Of a stretch of DNA of 64,000 nucleotides, positions 1-13,300 are shown one piece after another; positions within the stretch are counted from its first letter, which is position 1; every line of letters starts with the position of its first letter. Source of the stretch: Felis catus (Eukaryota). A program made the position numbers and the translations under genes. The DNA is taken from positions 236,470,001-236,534,000 of the forward strand of contig NC_058368.1 of assembly GCF_018350175.1 (NCBI RefSeq), in the 5' to 3' direction. The notes beneath the pieces were generated by a model. It did no database searches, was not told the origin of the DNA, and saw only the letters and a program-made list of their open reading frames with translations.

Positions 1-332
1 TGGACCCGCACCCCACAAGCACTCTCATCTGTTATTGGGGTTTCCCGTAACAGCTGGGGAGGGAAATTCAGTTTGGTTTCTCAGCCAACCGTTGGCCATG
101 TCAGATCGGATTTGCTCTAACTCGGTGTTGAAGCTCATCAACTGTTTCAAAATATGAGAGAGGCGATCAACTCCGCACAGTGTGTTTTAAGAAAATTGAA
201 TTTAGCTATTTTGATTAAGTAACTGCGCAGGCAATCAGGGAAGCCAATTTTTCATCCTAACTGCCCTGCCAGTGACTCCATCTCGGTGCTTCTATGCTGG
301 CGTGACAAATACAGCCCTCAGAAACCGCTGGA

Positions 333-528
333 GGGACGCCTGGGTGGCTCGTCGGTTGAGTGTCTGACACTTGATTTCGGCTCAGGTCATGCTCTCACAG
401 TTCGTGAGTTTGAGCCCCACGCTGGGCTCTGTGCTGACAGTGAAGAGCCCGCTTGGGATTCTCTCTTGCCCTCTCTCTCTTCCTGTCTCCCGCTTGCTCT
501 CTCTTTCTCCCTCTCTCAAAAATAAATG
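333..528 (+). mobile_element. Can-SINE (SINEC_Fc-type)
   Basis: GGGACGCCTGGGTGGCTC head, tRNA-like A/B boxes, (CT)n, AAAATAAAT tail; degenerate TSD aaccgctgg/aactgctgg. Confidence 0.95.
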
Positions 529-1496
529 AACTGCTGGCGATACATTCTGCATTCATAGACGACCTTCTACAAAATACTCACTGCTCTTACACAGAAAGCA
601 GTGGGATTTGTTTACCCTCCCTGCCTGTCCCCATCTTTGCATCTAGGATCCCATCAGTATCAGGAGCTCCTTTGCCATTCCAAATCCCCAGGGCATCCTT
701 AGCTCACTGCTGCCTGACCCCGCTGCACATGCACACCTGTGTATCCACCTTATCAGGACATCACAGCACCCTGGCCCGGGATGGCACACACAGAATGCCC
801 ACAAAGGGCTGTGTCTCTTGCATGCCCAATCTCCGATACGTGAGCCTGAAAATGTGCATTTGAAAACATGGCTGTACCACCAGGCACTCCTTCATTATGA
901 ATGAGGCGCGATTTCCAGCTTGCCTGTCATCCGCGTCTTTGACAAATTCCGGAGACAGAGGGAGTGCTTGTACCCTGCACTTTAAGAAAACACAGTAGTG
1001 AATCAAACACAATGCAGTGTCAACTCTTACGCGGCCAAGAATCCCAGTTACGTTTCCTTCGGAACCCCGTGTTGAAGACGGCGGAGGGGCCATGAACTTC
1101 CGCAAACTAGAAGCTACGTTCACGTGAGTTAAGGCGACCTCGTGATAGAATTTAACAGTGGGGACTGAGCATCTCGCGTGGCCGGGTCGCAAGCCTCCCG
1201 CTCAGCTTCCTGCATGCCGCTGCTGTGCCTCAGTGGTCCACTGTAGGAGAGGAAGGATGGTGGGCTTTCGGAGGCTTTTTCTGGGTAAGAGGGAGGAACG
1301 GGGGGACGTTTCTAGCCAGCACAGACTTTCTGGGGGAAACCAGCCATTTTCACAAGGCTGCCTGAGATGGAGGGGGTAAAGCAGGCCCGACTCCATGACT
1401 CTCCCCCTTGTGGCCACCTAGTCGGGAGCCCAAGCCAGGTGGTGTCACACAGGAATGGCGTCTTCAGTGCTGGAAAGTGAATCTCCGCGAGCGGCC

Positions 1497-2171
1497 AGCA
1501 CTCCTTTGCCAGGGCTGCTGTAACAAAGTATCACGAACCAGCTGGCTTCAAACACCGGAAATGTGTTCTCCCAAGGCTCTTGAGGCCAGAAGTCCAAAAT
1601 TAAGGTGTCACCAGAGCCACTGCTCTGAAGATTCCAGTGGGGACCTGATCCAGTCCCCTGAGGCTGGTGGTTTTCTGGCAATCCCTGGCCTTCCTGGGCT
1701 GTGACAGTGTGACTCCAATATTCATGTGACATCTCGTTGTGTGTGTGTCTATCTTGAAATGTCTCATGTTTATAAGGACACCAGACCTACTGGATTAGGG
1801 GTCCACCTTTGTGACCTCACCTTAACCTGATCATCTGCAAAGACATTATTTCCAAATAAGGTCGAAGTCACAGATACTGGAAGTTAGAATGTCAGTATAC
1901 CTTTGTTTGTGTTTTTTAAATTTTTTTAATGTTTATTTATTTTTGGGAGAGAGAGACACAGAGCATGACTGGGGGAGGGGCAGGGAGAGAGGGAGACACA
2001 GAATCCAAAGCAGGCTCCAGGCTCTGAGCTGTCAGTACAGAGCTCGACACGGGGCTGGAACTCACGGACTGTGAGATCATGACCTGAGCTGAAGTCGGAT
2101 GCTTAACCAACTGAGCCGCCCAGGCGCCCCATGTCAGCATACCTTTGGCAATAACAAGACCGCCCAGAACA
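1497..2171 (-). mobile_element. MLT1 (ERVL-MaLR) solo LTR, interrupted by the SINE at 1906-2130
   Basis: gggctgctgtaacaaagta...ggccagaagtccaaaattaaggtgtc...ctgcaaagacattatttccaaataaggtc resembles antisense MLT1C/D. Confidence 0.85.
1906..2130 (-). mobile_element. Can-SINE (SINEC_Fc)
   Basis: Full antisense copy ending caggcgcccc; 17-bp TSD atgtcagYatacctttg at 1889-1905 and 2131-2147. Confidence 0.97.
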
Positions 2172-5100
2172 GTGGGCCATGCGCTCAGCCATATTGCTGA
2201 TCAGAAATGCCTCTGATCATCCCATCTCAAGAAGCTGACTTACAGAAGGGATATGGACATGAGATGACCAGGAGAACTTTGTCTCAATGATGCCGATGCC
2301 AACACCTGGCCTTGGTTTTCCTTCCAATAAATACCCGAAAGGCAGGGGGGCGGGGACTGAACTAACAAGTGACAGTCACCCTGGGTAGGTCAGGCTGAGA
2401 GGAAAAGGCTCTGGGCTGGCCTGCCTGTCTCTCTCCTAGCGGTCTCTCAGTGGAGAATCTGTACCCAAGAATCAGCCTGCACCTCTTGTTCTGCCAACGT
2501 GGATTTTACGGGAACACCTGTGTTCACCTGTTACCAATCCTGCTGCCATTTTGCTGCAGGCTGGGCTCAGTGGGGCATCCCGGGCTGCTGCTTCTCCGGC
2601 GTTCTTCCAGTAGGCGGATCATTCTGCCCTAGGGAGTAGGGCATCATTCTGCCCTACTCTCGGCGCTGATGGTGGCGTGGAACAGTGGAGAACGTGATGG
2701 GCAAGGAGGAAAAGGTTCTGCAAATGCTGAATTCCGTTAATATCAATGAGCGTCCCACCTCCCGGCTTCTGACTGAGAAAGAACAGCCACAGACACAGAC
2801 GGGAGCCAGGGATGCAAGTGTCTCGCTTTTAAAAACATCATGGCAGATGTTTTTTTTTTTTTTTTTTACTTTATTTTTCAATTATAGGGTCTGGGGAAAT
2901 GTTTGGCGTTTTAAGGGGTTTTGTGCAGATGTGGTATTTTTCATGATATTTTTCCAATCAGTTTTCGATCTTGGCTTCACATGTTATCCCAGCCATCTCT
3001 GTGTGACATGCATGAGAAGAATATAACGTAAAGCCATTTCTGCACATTTTCATTTTTGCTAGCTCAGGTGATAGGAAAAAAAGATCAAAAAAAGCAAATG
3101 TTGAAGGTCAGAAAACAGAAATAGAGATGATCAATATTCACAGTGATTACACAGCATGACTCAAGAAGGTACGGTGGCTTAGATTTGGTATTTGTCAATA
3201 ACCTCTAATTGATCACCCTGCTTTCAAAAATTTGAACCATTAAAAAAAAAAGAATAATTTTCTTGTTTCGTATTCCAATGACCTTTCGATGTGGTTTTAT
3301 TCCCCCAAATCTGTCCTCTGCAGACAGCCTTGCTTCTTGAATCGCCTCCCCACTTGGGGTTAATCCCTCAAAATCCCCCTCAAAAGTCTCCTTATTCTTC
3401 ACCCTTGGAAGAAGCAAGTCCCACATTTTTCTCCCTGAGCCTCTGAGGGTGACAAAGGCCCTCCTCACCCCTCAGCATCCCTCACACACCCGGCTCCCCT
3501 CCGGAGTCCTGGCTGAGTGAAGGATCCGGTTGTGCTCCGAGAAAATGCGTTAATTGAACAAGCTGATTTATATGTGAACACATCCTCCTGAAGAAAACTC
3601 TAATAGACTGAAAACAAGGAACAAGGTCAGAAATCTGTTAGTTGAGATGTATAAATCGCCAACAGTAGACTTGTTCATTTCCTCGGTGTGGGGATGATTG
3701 GGTATATCTAGCCATCAGTAAGTACCGATGAACTTGAACACTGTGACTGACAAAATCTGTTCTATATAGTAGCAGATCTAATCAACGGTTACCGGTGGAT
3801 GCAAATACAAGTCTTGTTTTCAGCAGCAAGACAGTAAAGGTAAACATATGTTTTTGTTTGCTAAGAAGGCAACCCAAAAGGAATTCGGTACTATGCATTA
3901 CTAAATATTCAAAATTAGCAGAGGCTTATTGAGTGCCTACTGTAGACGAGCTAGCGTGCTTGGTGTTTTTAACAATATCCTGTGAGAAGCAGGGTGAGTT
4001 ATGAGACGCACATAAACAAAGGTGATCTTCAGGGCGTGCAGCCCTTATTTATTTATGAATGCTTTATTTTCACCCTCATCTTTTGATAATTAATTACAAT
4101 TTTCTTTATTATGGACCAAAGTTACTAATAAATATTTCAGAGTGATTACATCCAGTGTCATCGGACTTTGGTCTTTCTCTTCTTATGTAACCAAGGGTAT
4201 TTCCCAGAGGGTGGCCCAAAAGTGATGTGTCATTCTTAGGGAGGGTCTTTGTATAATAGGTTAAATGATGAGCATCATCGGAGGTCAAATGTTTTGAAGC
4301 TGAAATCATTTTCAGGCAACACACTGATTCTTGTCAGGTTCCAAGGTCGGGCAAAAGTGCCTTAATCATACAAGTAACAGGGGGTTTAAAAAAAGAAAGA
4401 GGGGAAGACACAGCCCCGTGATGAAATTCAGTGAACATGTCCACTCTCCCAACTTCTCATGGAGATTTATGGTCCAGGAAGGGAACTGCTTTATGTTATC
4501 TTGGCCATGTCAGCGTCCCCTTCCGCCTTCTGGTAACACATGCCTCAGTCTAGCGGAGGAGATGGGATCTGAAGGATCTTGAGCTTGTCAAACAGCCTTT
4601 CTCATCAGTAACCGTGCCGGCACCTCAAGTGCCAGGTGTGGGTCTTGCGGCAAGACGCCTCTTTCGAAGCATCGTCCATACTGGACGCGCTCCCGTCCTG
4701 AGCAGAAGCATTGCTCTGAGCCCCCAGATGACTCTCTGGCTTCATCAGGACAGCCATGCTGTCTAAAAGCAAACCAGAAGCTCTCGAAAGGAACCTCCGA
4801 GACACCACTATACATTCTTCAGCTTGTTGCTTTGCGTCCTTCTGACGGCAGGGCCCTGGCGTCGCGTTCAGAGCAGGAGCTACGGGTTCGCCTTCAGGTG
4901 CGTCACATCCAGCAGCGCCCCCTCCTCACGCTCACAGTCAAGTGTAGTTTGTTTGTGTGGCATGGTAGAGACCCACTGAGGAAAGGAACTGATCTTGCCA
5001 TACCCATCAACGGCCCCGAGTCTAAAACTCCTCACTCCCAGCTTGTGTTCTGTGCACATGGCTCAACATTGCTGGCCCTGCTTTGGTTGTGCCCATCCTG

Positions 5101-5639
5101 TGCAACAGCCCTTCTTCTCTTCTTCTCCCTGCACACATGCTTTTCACCAGGGGAGGTCGGCCATCACTCTTGCACATGGTATTTTCAAGGTTAAGTGCAA
5201 GAGACCAAGCTCTTAGATTCTGAGCACCACAATTATGGAAGAAATCAGCAAGTTATCAAGAATGCTAGTGACCCTCATTGTATCTCTCGCCACGGGTCAT
5301 AAGATCACAGACGCTTGGGGGTGCAGTCTTACCTTCTGGCTGGGTAGAGATTTCCCCCCATTTGGCCATATTTCCCTTCTCTCTGTAGATACAGACACTG
5401 TTCCGGTTTCCAATAAAGCTGCCAAGCCCACAAGAGGGAAGCTTCAATACCACAGCATGCAGAAATGCCACGGTGATATTCCAGCCTTCCCAGTCCACTG
5501 CTTTGAGGTCAGCATGGCCACATGTTGAGTCTTCTCCAGGAGCACGAAGGAAACGTCAGCCTTCAACACATTGCTTGCTCTGATACAAGATGGAGAAGGG
5601 TGGAACCTTCTAGATCTGCATCCACTCAGTTGCCAGAGT

Positions 5640-5720
5640 GGCCCTCAGTTGTTTTTATCTGAACAATGGGATCATAATCATACCTTCTCACAGGGTTTAG
5701 ATGAGACAGTGCATGACAAT
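5640..5720 (+). mobile_element. MIR core fragment
   Basis: cctcagttgtttttatctgaacaatgggatcataatcatacc resembles the MIR core. Confidence 0.6.
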
Positions 5721-7249
5721 ATGACAAAGAATAGGGATCAATAGCGTTTCTTATAGTATCTGTGTGCGTGTGCTTAAGACTGTAGGAAATAAACCCCCAA
5801 ACTGGAACCTTCGGGTGGGCATGGCATTTGTGGGGTGTTCAGCTTCAACACCAGGGCAACAGGCACAGACACATAAATGAGATGCTTTCAGAATAGGTTC
5901 CACTAGCTGTGCTGGTCTTAGCTGGCCCATAGGTGATAAGAGCTGCCTGTCCTGGGCTCTCTCTGTGTCCTCAGCCCGTGTCTACATGGCCGTGTGAGCG
6001 CTGGAAGCCATGGTCACTCCAAGCCGTGCAGTGACTTAGCCTGCAAACCACGCAGGCCCGATGCTGCTGACACCCCACCGTGCCAGGCTCACGGGCAGGT
6101 GGGCACAAGGGGTTGGGTTTTCTCTACATTCACAAGGGCAGAGGCTCTGTGCACGTGGTGTGAGTTTCTAAGTCACTGCCCAAAATAAAACAATAACGTG
6201 TTGACGAAATCAGTAAAATGCACACTACACGTTGCATCTCCCTCCTCAGGGTAGCCAGGAAATCAATGGCTGCAAAACCATGGCAACAGAAAGACCATCT
6301 TGGTGGATCCCAGGGCTCAGAGGACCGACCGCCTGGTGTTAATTCAAGCAGTGAGCACTGACAGCCCCCAGGGCAAAAACCGCACGGGGCCATCTAGACA
6401 AACAAGGATCACCACTGTAATGACATCATTATTACATAGAGAAGCAGAGCTGTCTGTAAGGGTCCCCCCCTCACTGCTAACAGGCAGCGCGATGGTGACT
6501 TCGGTCTCCAACATAGGTTTGGATACGCGTTTGTGGATACTGCTGTCCTAGAGTCGGGCTCAGAATGGGCTACAACCCTCCCAGTCTCCTTTCCTTGGGA
6601 CATACTCGTCAGCTCCCACGCTCAGCAGTGCACGTGCCCGTAAGGCCTGGGCGGCTGTGGTGCCCTTGCTTTTGCATTTTCGTTGAGCGTACAAGACCGT
6701 ACATCCCTCTGGGTGTGCGACCGTGAACGGTCAGGTTCACCTCTGGGCGATTCTCCTGAGCCCTAGACAGGTACCTAAATACCCTTGCACACTGCTCTGC
6801 CTTATCCTCCTTTCGGGAAGATCGGTCCCGTGTTCCATCGGCACGCATGCCAAAGGTTTGCTCGTGGAGCCATCTGCGGCCCTGCCTTCTCCTCCTCTCC
6901 ACGTGGTCCTCGTGGGGGGCCCAAGGGACCTGCGGTGGAACTAAAGCCAGTGCCCAGATGCGCACCCGCTCACCTCTTGTCACTACTCATTACAGGAAAC
7001 TCTATGCACAGCCTTTTTCTTGCAGAAGCCGCAAGCATTTATTTTGAAAGTAAAAATGAGAAAACAATGAAAAGTGAATATTAACTGTGTCTTTTGCTTT
7101 GACTTTCTTCTCTGACAACCATAATGCCCTGGAGGCAGAGTGGTTGCCTCTGTGGATTGGGATTGAGATCCTGAAAATAGAAAGGCAAAAATAAGTCTTA
7201 TCCCATCCCTTGTCATGCTTAATGTTTGCAAAGCTGTTTTTGTTTTTCT

Positions 7250-7486
7250 TTTATTTTTTTTTATTTTTTTAATGTTTATTTATTATTGACAGAGAGAGAG
7301 ACAGAGAGACAGAGACAGAGCATGAGCAAGAAAGGGGCAGAGAGAGGGGAAGACACAGAATCTGAAGCAGCTCCAGGCTCCGAGATGTCAGCACAGAGCC
7401 CGACGCGGGGCTCGAACTCACAAACTGTGAGATCATGACCTGAGCCGAAGTCGGGTGCTCAACCAACTGAGCAAGCAAGGTGCCCC
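7250..7486 (-). mobile_element. Can-SINE (SINEC_Fc)
   Basis: T-rich tail, (GA)n, gagcccgacgcggggctcgaactcac, ends ggtgcccc. Confidence 0.97.
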
Positions 7487-7759
7487 TTGTTTTTCCTTTA
7501 ATTGTGTGTCCCTGCACTGAGCAGTGCCTGCAGTAAACTAAGTGTTTGCTGTGTGTCAGAGAGAAGTATTGTCACTTCATGTACATGAATTGTTCCTTTC
7601 TTTCATGTATAAATTATTTCCTGGTGTTAATTGTCCACCTTTAACACATTAGCACATTCGAGGAAAGAAGACTTTGTGTTGCCCAAGTTGTCAGCCAGTT
7701 TATACCTAATGATGACCAAACTACTAAGGCTCAGCTTGGATGCGGGAACATGTGGCTTT

Positions 7760-7971
7760 TTTTTTTTTAATGTTTATTTTTGAGAGAGAGAGACAGAGAC
7801 AGAGTGGGAGTCGGGGTGGGACAGAGAGAGAGGAAGACACAGAATCCGAAGCAGGTTCCAGGCTCTGAGCTGTCAGCACAGAGCCTGGTGCGGGGTTCGA
7901 AATCACAAGTAGTGAGATTATGACCTGAGCCGACATCAGACGATCAACCAACTGAGCCACCCAGTTGCCCC
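7760..7971 (-). mobile_element. Can-SINE (SINEC_Fc)
   Basis: Antisense copy; TSD acatgtggctt at 7748 and 7972. Confidence 0.97.
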
Positions 7972-8705
7972 ACATGTGGCTTCTTAAAGGAAGATGGGAA
8001 TGCTGGGAAGGGGGGTGTTGTCATGAAGGGACACCTTGGGAGCCCCTGTTTGCTATGTGCACACAGTCTTAGGCAGTGGATGTGTGAGATGCCATTGAAC
8101 CTGTGGCCCCACGATGTGGCAGAGAACCCCTCCTCGCCACTTGGAGATGAGACTCAGTGCAGAGAGCTTCAGTAACTTAACTCGTGGAGCTGGCGGTAAG
8201 TGGCACAGCCACGTTCACGAAGAGATCTACATACGCATTGCTGGTTTTTAAAGGAACGTGTAAAATATGACAAATACGTTCTAACAGTGAATTTCCAAGT
8301 AGAGCCAACATGCAACGATGGTGACAAGGGCACACTGGCCAGCAAGAACTTCACGGGAACGTGAAGGAGTACGGGGAGCATCAGTGTGTGCAGCGAGGAG
8401 GCTTCAGGGATGGCTTCCAACCAAAACAGGACCAGAGGCCCCCCACGAGCTGGAAGAGTGGAGACAGGATAGGGCCATGGGGAGCACGTTCAGAGGAGCA
8501 GTCTACTGGGTTCCCGGAACACTCTGCCTCGAACAGACGCTTGGGGAGTGTCCGCAGGGGCTCCCCACAGGGGCTCTGTTCCTGGAACTAGGAATGGATC
8601 AATCTGCAAATACCACAGAGATCTCTGCCACGAGGGTGAGGGTCTGCTTCCCAGGGGTGAGGCTGGGAGGGAGACCAGGTAAATAGAATAACAGCGTTTG
8701 TTCAC

Positions 8706-9063
8706 TGAGTTAATCGGCCTAGGTTGCCATAACAGAGTGCCGTAGACTGAGTGCCTACACAAGGGACATTTATTTTCAAGCAGTTCTGGAAGCTGGAAGC
8801 CCAGGATCAAGGTTCTGGCAGAGTTTGGTTCCGGTACGAGCTCCCTTCCTGCTTTCACATGGACGCCTTCTTGCTCTTCCTCCCAAAGCCTTTCCTCAGT
8901 GGGTGGCCGAGAGGGAGCTCTTTGGTGGCTCTCCTTACAGAGACACTGATCCCATCAGATGGGGGCCCCCACCCTATGACCTCATTTAACCTTAACTGCT
9001 TCCTTAGAGATCCCACCTCCTGACGCAGCCGCACTGGGGGCACAAACATGACCCCCGACCACA
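8706..9063 (-). mobile_element. MLT1A/B-like solo LTR
   Basis: ggttgccataacagagtgccgtagactg...gttctggaagctggaagcccaggatcaagg...ccaccctatgacctcatttaacc. Confidence 0.85.
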
Positions 9064-9281
9064 GAAGGTGTGAACAGAAACCGACTAGGACCCCGTCACG
9101 GTCCAGAACTCAACAGAGAGTCAGTTGATGTTTCAAGGAGACAACTTAATGGGCATGCTAGCTGTTCACCTTTGTCCTTCAGACTTTGTTCCTGTGTGAA
9201 GTTATCAGAAAACAAAAGGTCAGTACCTTATCACCCATGCCCCTTATTTTTTCAAATGTTTATTATAAAAATATTAAGTCT

Positions 9282-9507
9282 GGGGTGCTTGGGTGGCTCA
9301 GTCGGTTGAAAGTCCGACTTTGGCTCAGGTCATAATCTCACAGTTTGTGGATTCCAGCCCCGCGTCGGGCTCTGTGCTGACAGCTCGGAGTCTGGAGCCT
9401 GCTTCGGACTCTGTGTCTCCCTCTCTCTCTGCCCCCCCGCCCCCCACCACGCACAATCTGTCTCTCTCTCCTTCAAAAATAAACATTAAAAAAATTAAAA
9501 ACATAAA
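9282..9507 (+). mobile_element. Can-SINE (SINEC_Fc)
   Basis: Full copy; 15-bp TSD ataaaaatattaagt at 9265-9279 and 9508-9522. Confidence 0.97.
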
Positions 9508-9873
9508 ATAAAAATATTAAGTACAAATAATATCTTCGTCTCTTTTACAGTTATCCTTTGATGCTATTGTCCAATTCATACCAAGATCACAAACTTAAAT
9601 TTGGTTCCAGGGGGGAAAAAAATAACATTTTTGTAAAACATTAGCTTGTGATCTTTTGTTAAAATATGAAAACCACATATCTCCACGGGTCCCTTTTCAC
9701 TCAGCTCTGAAATCTTAAAAGGAAGCCCTTTGCCAAATCCTAAAATCTGAGTAACTACCAGGATGGGAATCTGACCATTTGTGCCTCCTGGCCATCAGGC
9801 TGTCCTCAGGTGTAGCCAGACTGGCAGTAGGAAGGGGATTGAAGGCTTGACCACATTTCTCCACACATCTGTT

Positions 9874-9898
9874 CTTTTTTTAAATGTTTATTTATTTA

Positions 9899-9943
<45 letters not shown>

Positions 9944-9944
9944 T

Positions 9945-9975
<31 letters not shown>

Positions 9976-10110
9976 CGAGCAGGGAAGGGACAGAGAGGGA
10001 AAGAGAGAGAATCCCAAGCCTGACTCCAGGCTCGAACTCATGAACTGAGATCACGGCCTGCGTCAAAATCAGGAGTCGGATGTTTGACCGACTGAGCCAC
10101 CCAGACGCCC
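9874..10110 (-). mobile_element. Can-SINE containing a (TG)n/(GA)n microsatellite
   Basis: Antisense SINE ending ccagacgccc; (TG)n at about 9900-9942. Confidence 0.92.
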
Positions 10111-10204
10111 TAGTTGTGCACGGTTTGTACCCCTTTCCAAATGAGCAAAACACAGAGCTATTCAACTGACAAATTTTTGAATGGCTTCCCACACCATTAT
10201 GGAT

Positions 10205-10340
10205 CTCTTTTCTTCCTCTCCCTTCCCTTCCTCCCTTCCTCCCCCTCCCCCTTCCCCTTCCCCTTCCCCCTATCTCCCCCTCCCCATTCCTCTCCCTCCC
10301 TCTCCCCTTCCTTCCTTCCCCTTCCCTTTCTCTCTCTCTC
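10205..10340. repeat. Polypyrimidine/polypurine low-complexity tract
   Basis: Almost only C/T on the + strand (cccttc-like units). Confidence 0.9.
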
Positions 10341-13300
10341 AAGCCAAAAACAATAGATGAAAATCTATCTCTTATTAAATAAAAAATGATAAGAGAATTT
10401 AAAAAGCCATGACAATTTCCCATGTTTTCAGCCAGGGTTTCACTTAAATTAATTCATAGAGATGAGCACATAGTTTACAGAACTTCTCAGAAAAAGGGCT
10501 TCACCTACCCTTCAACTACTTTTTTTTTCCCATTGCTCTTAATAGGTTCTATAAAAACAAATTCTCTAAAAGTTATTATTAGCGATTGAAACAATAAATA
10601 AACATGATACACGATTTATTTATAAAATGATATTCAGAAACTATAGTTGGAGAATTGTTTTAAATACACAATCAGATGTCTTTGAAATGCATAGGTCAAT
10701 AAATACATTTTAGCAATGGAAAATAAATAAAACTCCAACATTAGCAAGCAGGAGTTTGGAAAAGTGACTATGGATTCACTGAGATGGTCTGAGAACAAAA
10801 ATTATATTAAAAGACACAAAATCACTTTTGCTTGGGTATTTTTTTTATAGTACTAATATAATACTTTTTGGCAAAAAAATGCATTTAACTCACGAGAACA
10901 GGGTGCACTTCACAGATACACGACTGTGATTAGTAAGGTCGTGGGATTGAATGGATCAGTTTGGTAGGAAGACCATCTGATCACCCGCTGTCCCTGGAGG
11001 GAGAGCTTGGGGGACACAGGGGGACTGCGGTTCACGTGAGAGAGGCAGGTGCACTGGGCCGTGTGGAGCATGGCCTCAGCCTCACGGAGCACAGATCGGG
11101 GCTACTTGTTACTCAGAAGGGCTGGCTTGAAAGCTGGGCCCAATCGCTGCACGTAGCAAACCCGTTTTCTTTTTCCTTCACTCAAAACTCTAATGCAAAA
11201 GGTACCATGAAATGGCAGAGAACTTTTTGAAACATCAAGTGTTTTCTAGTCTGTAGGAGAGTTCATGAGGGCCCGAAGGTGCCCTCAGTCTCGTCTTAGC
11301 GAGGGGCAGGTGCGTGGATCCAGGCCGAGGGGAGCGCTCCTTAGGCAGGGCCGGCTCAGGTCCTGACCCCAAACCCAGCAGAACGAAACAGAGCACTGGA
11401 ATAGAAGACGTGATTAGCTCAGTCCTTACGAAAAGACAAGTACATCATCACCAGAGTAGAAGCCATAAAATCGCACTACCACATTGGCCTCGGTAGCTAA
11501 CAATGAGACGTGAGTTTTGATCTCAGGCTGAGCTTGAAGTCACTTCGTTTTAAAACGTACGCCTGTGGGGGTGGGGTGCACACGTCTGCACGCAGCTGGG
11601 CATTTGAAAACAGGGCCACACACAAACAGGCACACGGCCATATCCGGGGGACATGTATTTATATTCCCTTGGCTTCCCTGCGTTCGGACACTCATTTCTT
11701 AAAGTGATCCTCTGAGAATTCCCAGGTTAACCGCTCTCGCCAGCACGCGGGGTGACCTAGTCTGAAGTGACAGGTGGGCCATAAGCTAATAAGACACATT
11801 CCTCTGCCACCAAGTAGAAAAGCTTTCTACAAAATGAAATAACTTCCTATTTCGTATGATGGCGTTTGTTTGGAGGGGACAGTTCAGACCCCGCTCCCAC
11901 CAGAGACCTGACCGGAGATGACGTAATCTGACTGCCATGAGGGACAAGGCCGGGGGATTTACAGTGGCGCTTAGACGCTCACTTCTCCATGACTCACCTG
12001 ATCTCAGGATGGGAGATACACGGTGTGGTCACAAGGCAACTACTTTGTTTGTCAAAGGAGCAGACAACCCGTGTCTGAAAATGCTACAAACTTCCCCACG
12101 CTAGGCGGTTGACTAATATCTCTTTTGCTCCTGGTTTGAACCCCCTCTGTCAAATACAGGTTCCGGAGCTTTCCGTGGCCTGTGTTCCAATGACGGATTG
12201 GGGCGCATTCCTGTTGTCTGAACGTGCCTGCCCAAGAAGCTTCTCCCATAGAGGTGTGGCCACGGCGTGCTCTGCACGGTGTCAGAGCCACTGTCCTTCT
12301 GCCGGATGCCAGGTGTGTCCCTCCTCGTGGGGGAGGCCAGGCAGGACCGATGAGGCATAAAATGCAAACAAATTAGACCGTGGCATCCTAGACGTCTTCA
12401 CTTTCAATTGTGCTTCCCGTCCACAGTTGCAGATCCATTTGCAACGAAGAGTTGTAAGGGTGTTGCAGAGCAGTGAAGGGAGGTGGCCTCATTATAGACC
12501 GCGCAGCTGTGTGTCTGTCCTCTTAGGACACCAGGAGCCCGTGGAGGCGCGTCTCCACCGAGCCTCCGGAAGCCTGGCTCCCACAACATCCGTGCCTTTG
12601 TCCCGACAACGCGTCGGTCGCCATAAGAGGGGTACCACCTCTCCTCCAGGCTCCAGTGTCCCTTTAGAGGTTGGAGGGCTGAATTCTCTGTCACCAATTG
12701 TACCAGGAGACTGTGAGCTGCTAGCATGTAGAATGTTTGTACCAGCTTCGTGGCCAGGTGACTTTTCACCCCAGGGACTCTCTCCCTTTCACATGTGCAC
12801 ATATTCTAATTGTGGCTACATGCAGTGCCCCACAAAGCCCCCTCAGATTTTCCTTTGCATTCGCCCCTGTGCTGTGGCCTTCACACTCACCTACTGCTAG
12901 GTGCCCGGTAAATGTCAGCCTCAGTTCCAGCCTTGAGACCCCTGTGGGGGTCTGTTCGTGAAGCTAATTCTTAAAGTCACTCGATTATGGGAAAGAAGAA
13001 ATCCACTTTAAAAACTATATAAATTGTCATGAGAATATGTGTTGGGCATAAGAACGTCTGTCTCAGGAGAGTTATTTGACATCTCACTTGTAAGTTTTAA
13101 ACTTTCAGTACGCTTATGTAAAGAAATGGACATAATCTCAGGTTTTTCGGCATTTGGGGAAACAATCCAAGGCAGTCTGATTTCGAGCGAGCATCGCTCA
13201 GTAAGACTGGGTCAGTGGCTGCCCAGCGGATTGGCAGTTTTATGCAAAAAGAAAAAAAACTTTGCCAAGCAATCCCGAGAAGTCTCATTGCTGGGCTCCA

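Noticed and set aside
2530..2800. Possible minus-strand exon after ttctttctcag (2773)
   Set aside because: Weak pyrimidine tract and donor; no recognisable translation in any frame.
4910..4930. CTCF-like AGGGGGCGCTG (-), and CCGCCAGATGGGG near 32263
   Set aside because: Only partial matches to the CTCF core; not callable without PWM scoring or ChIP data.
4605..4975. Minus-strand open frame of about 105 codons (…EECIVVSRRFLSR…) near an acceptor-like ttcctttcctcag
   Set aside because: Resembles no protein I recognise; an in-frame stop lies between the acceptor-like site and the frame; no supporting gene structure.
9896..10423. 175-aa Arg/Gly/Glu-rich ORF
   Set aside because: Translation of a polypurine tract, a SINE and (CA)n.
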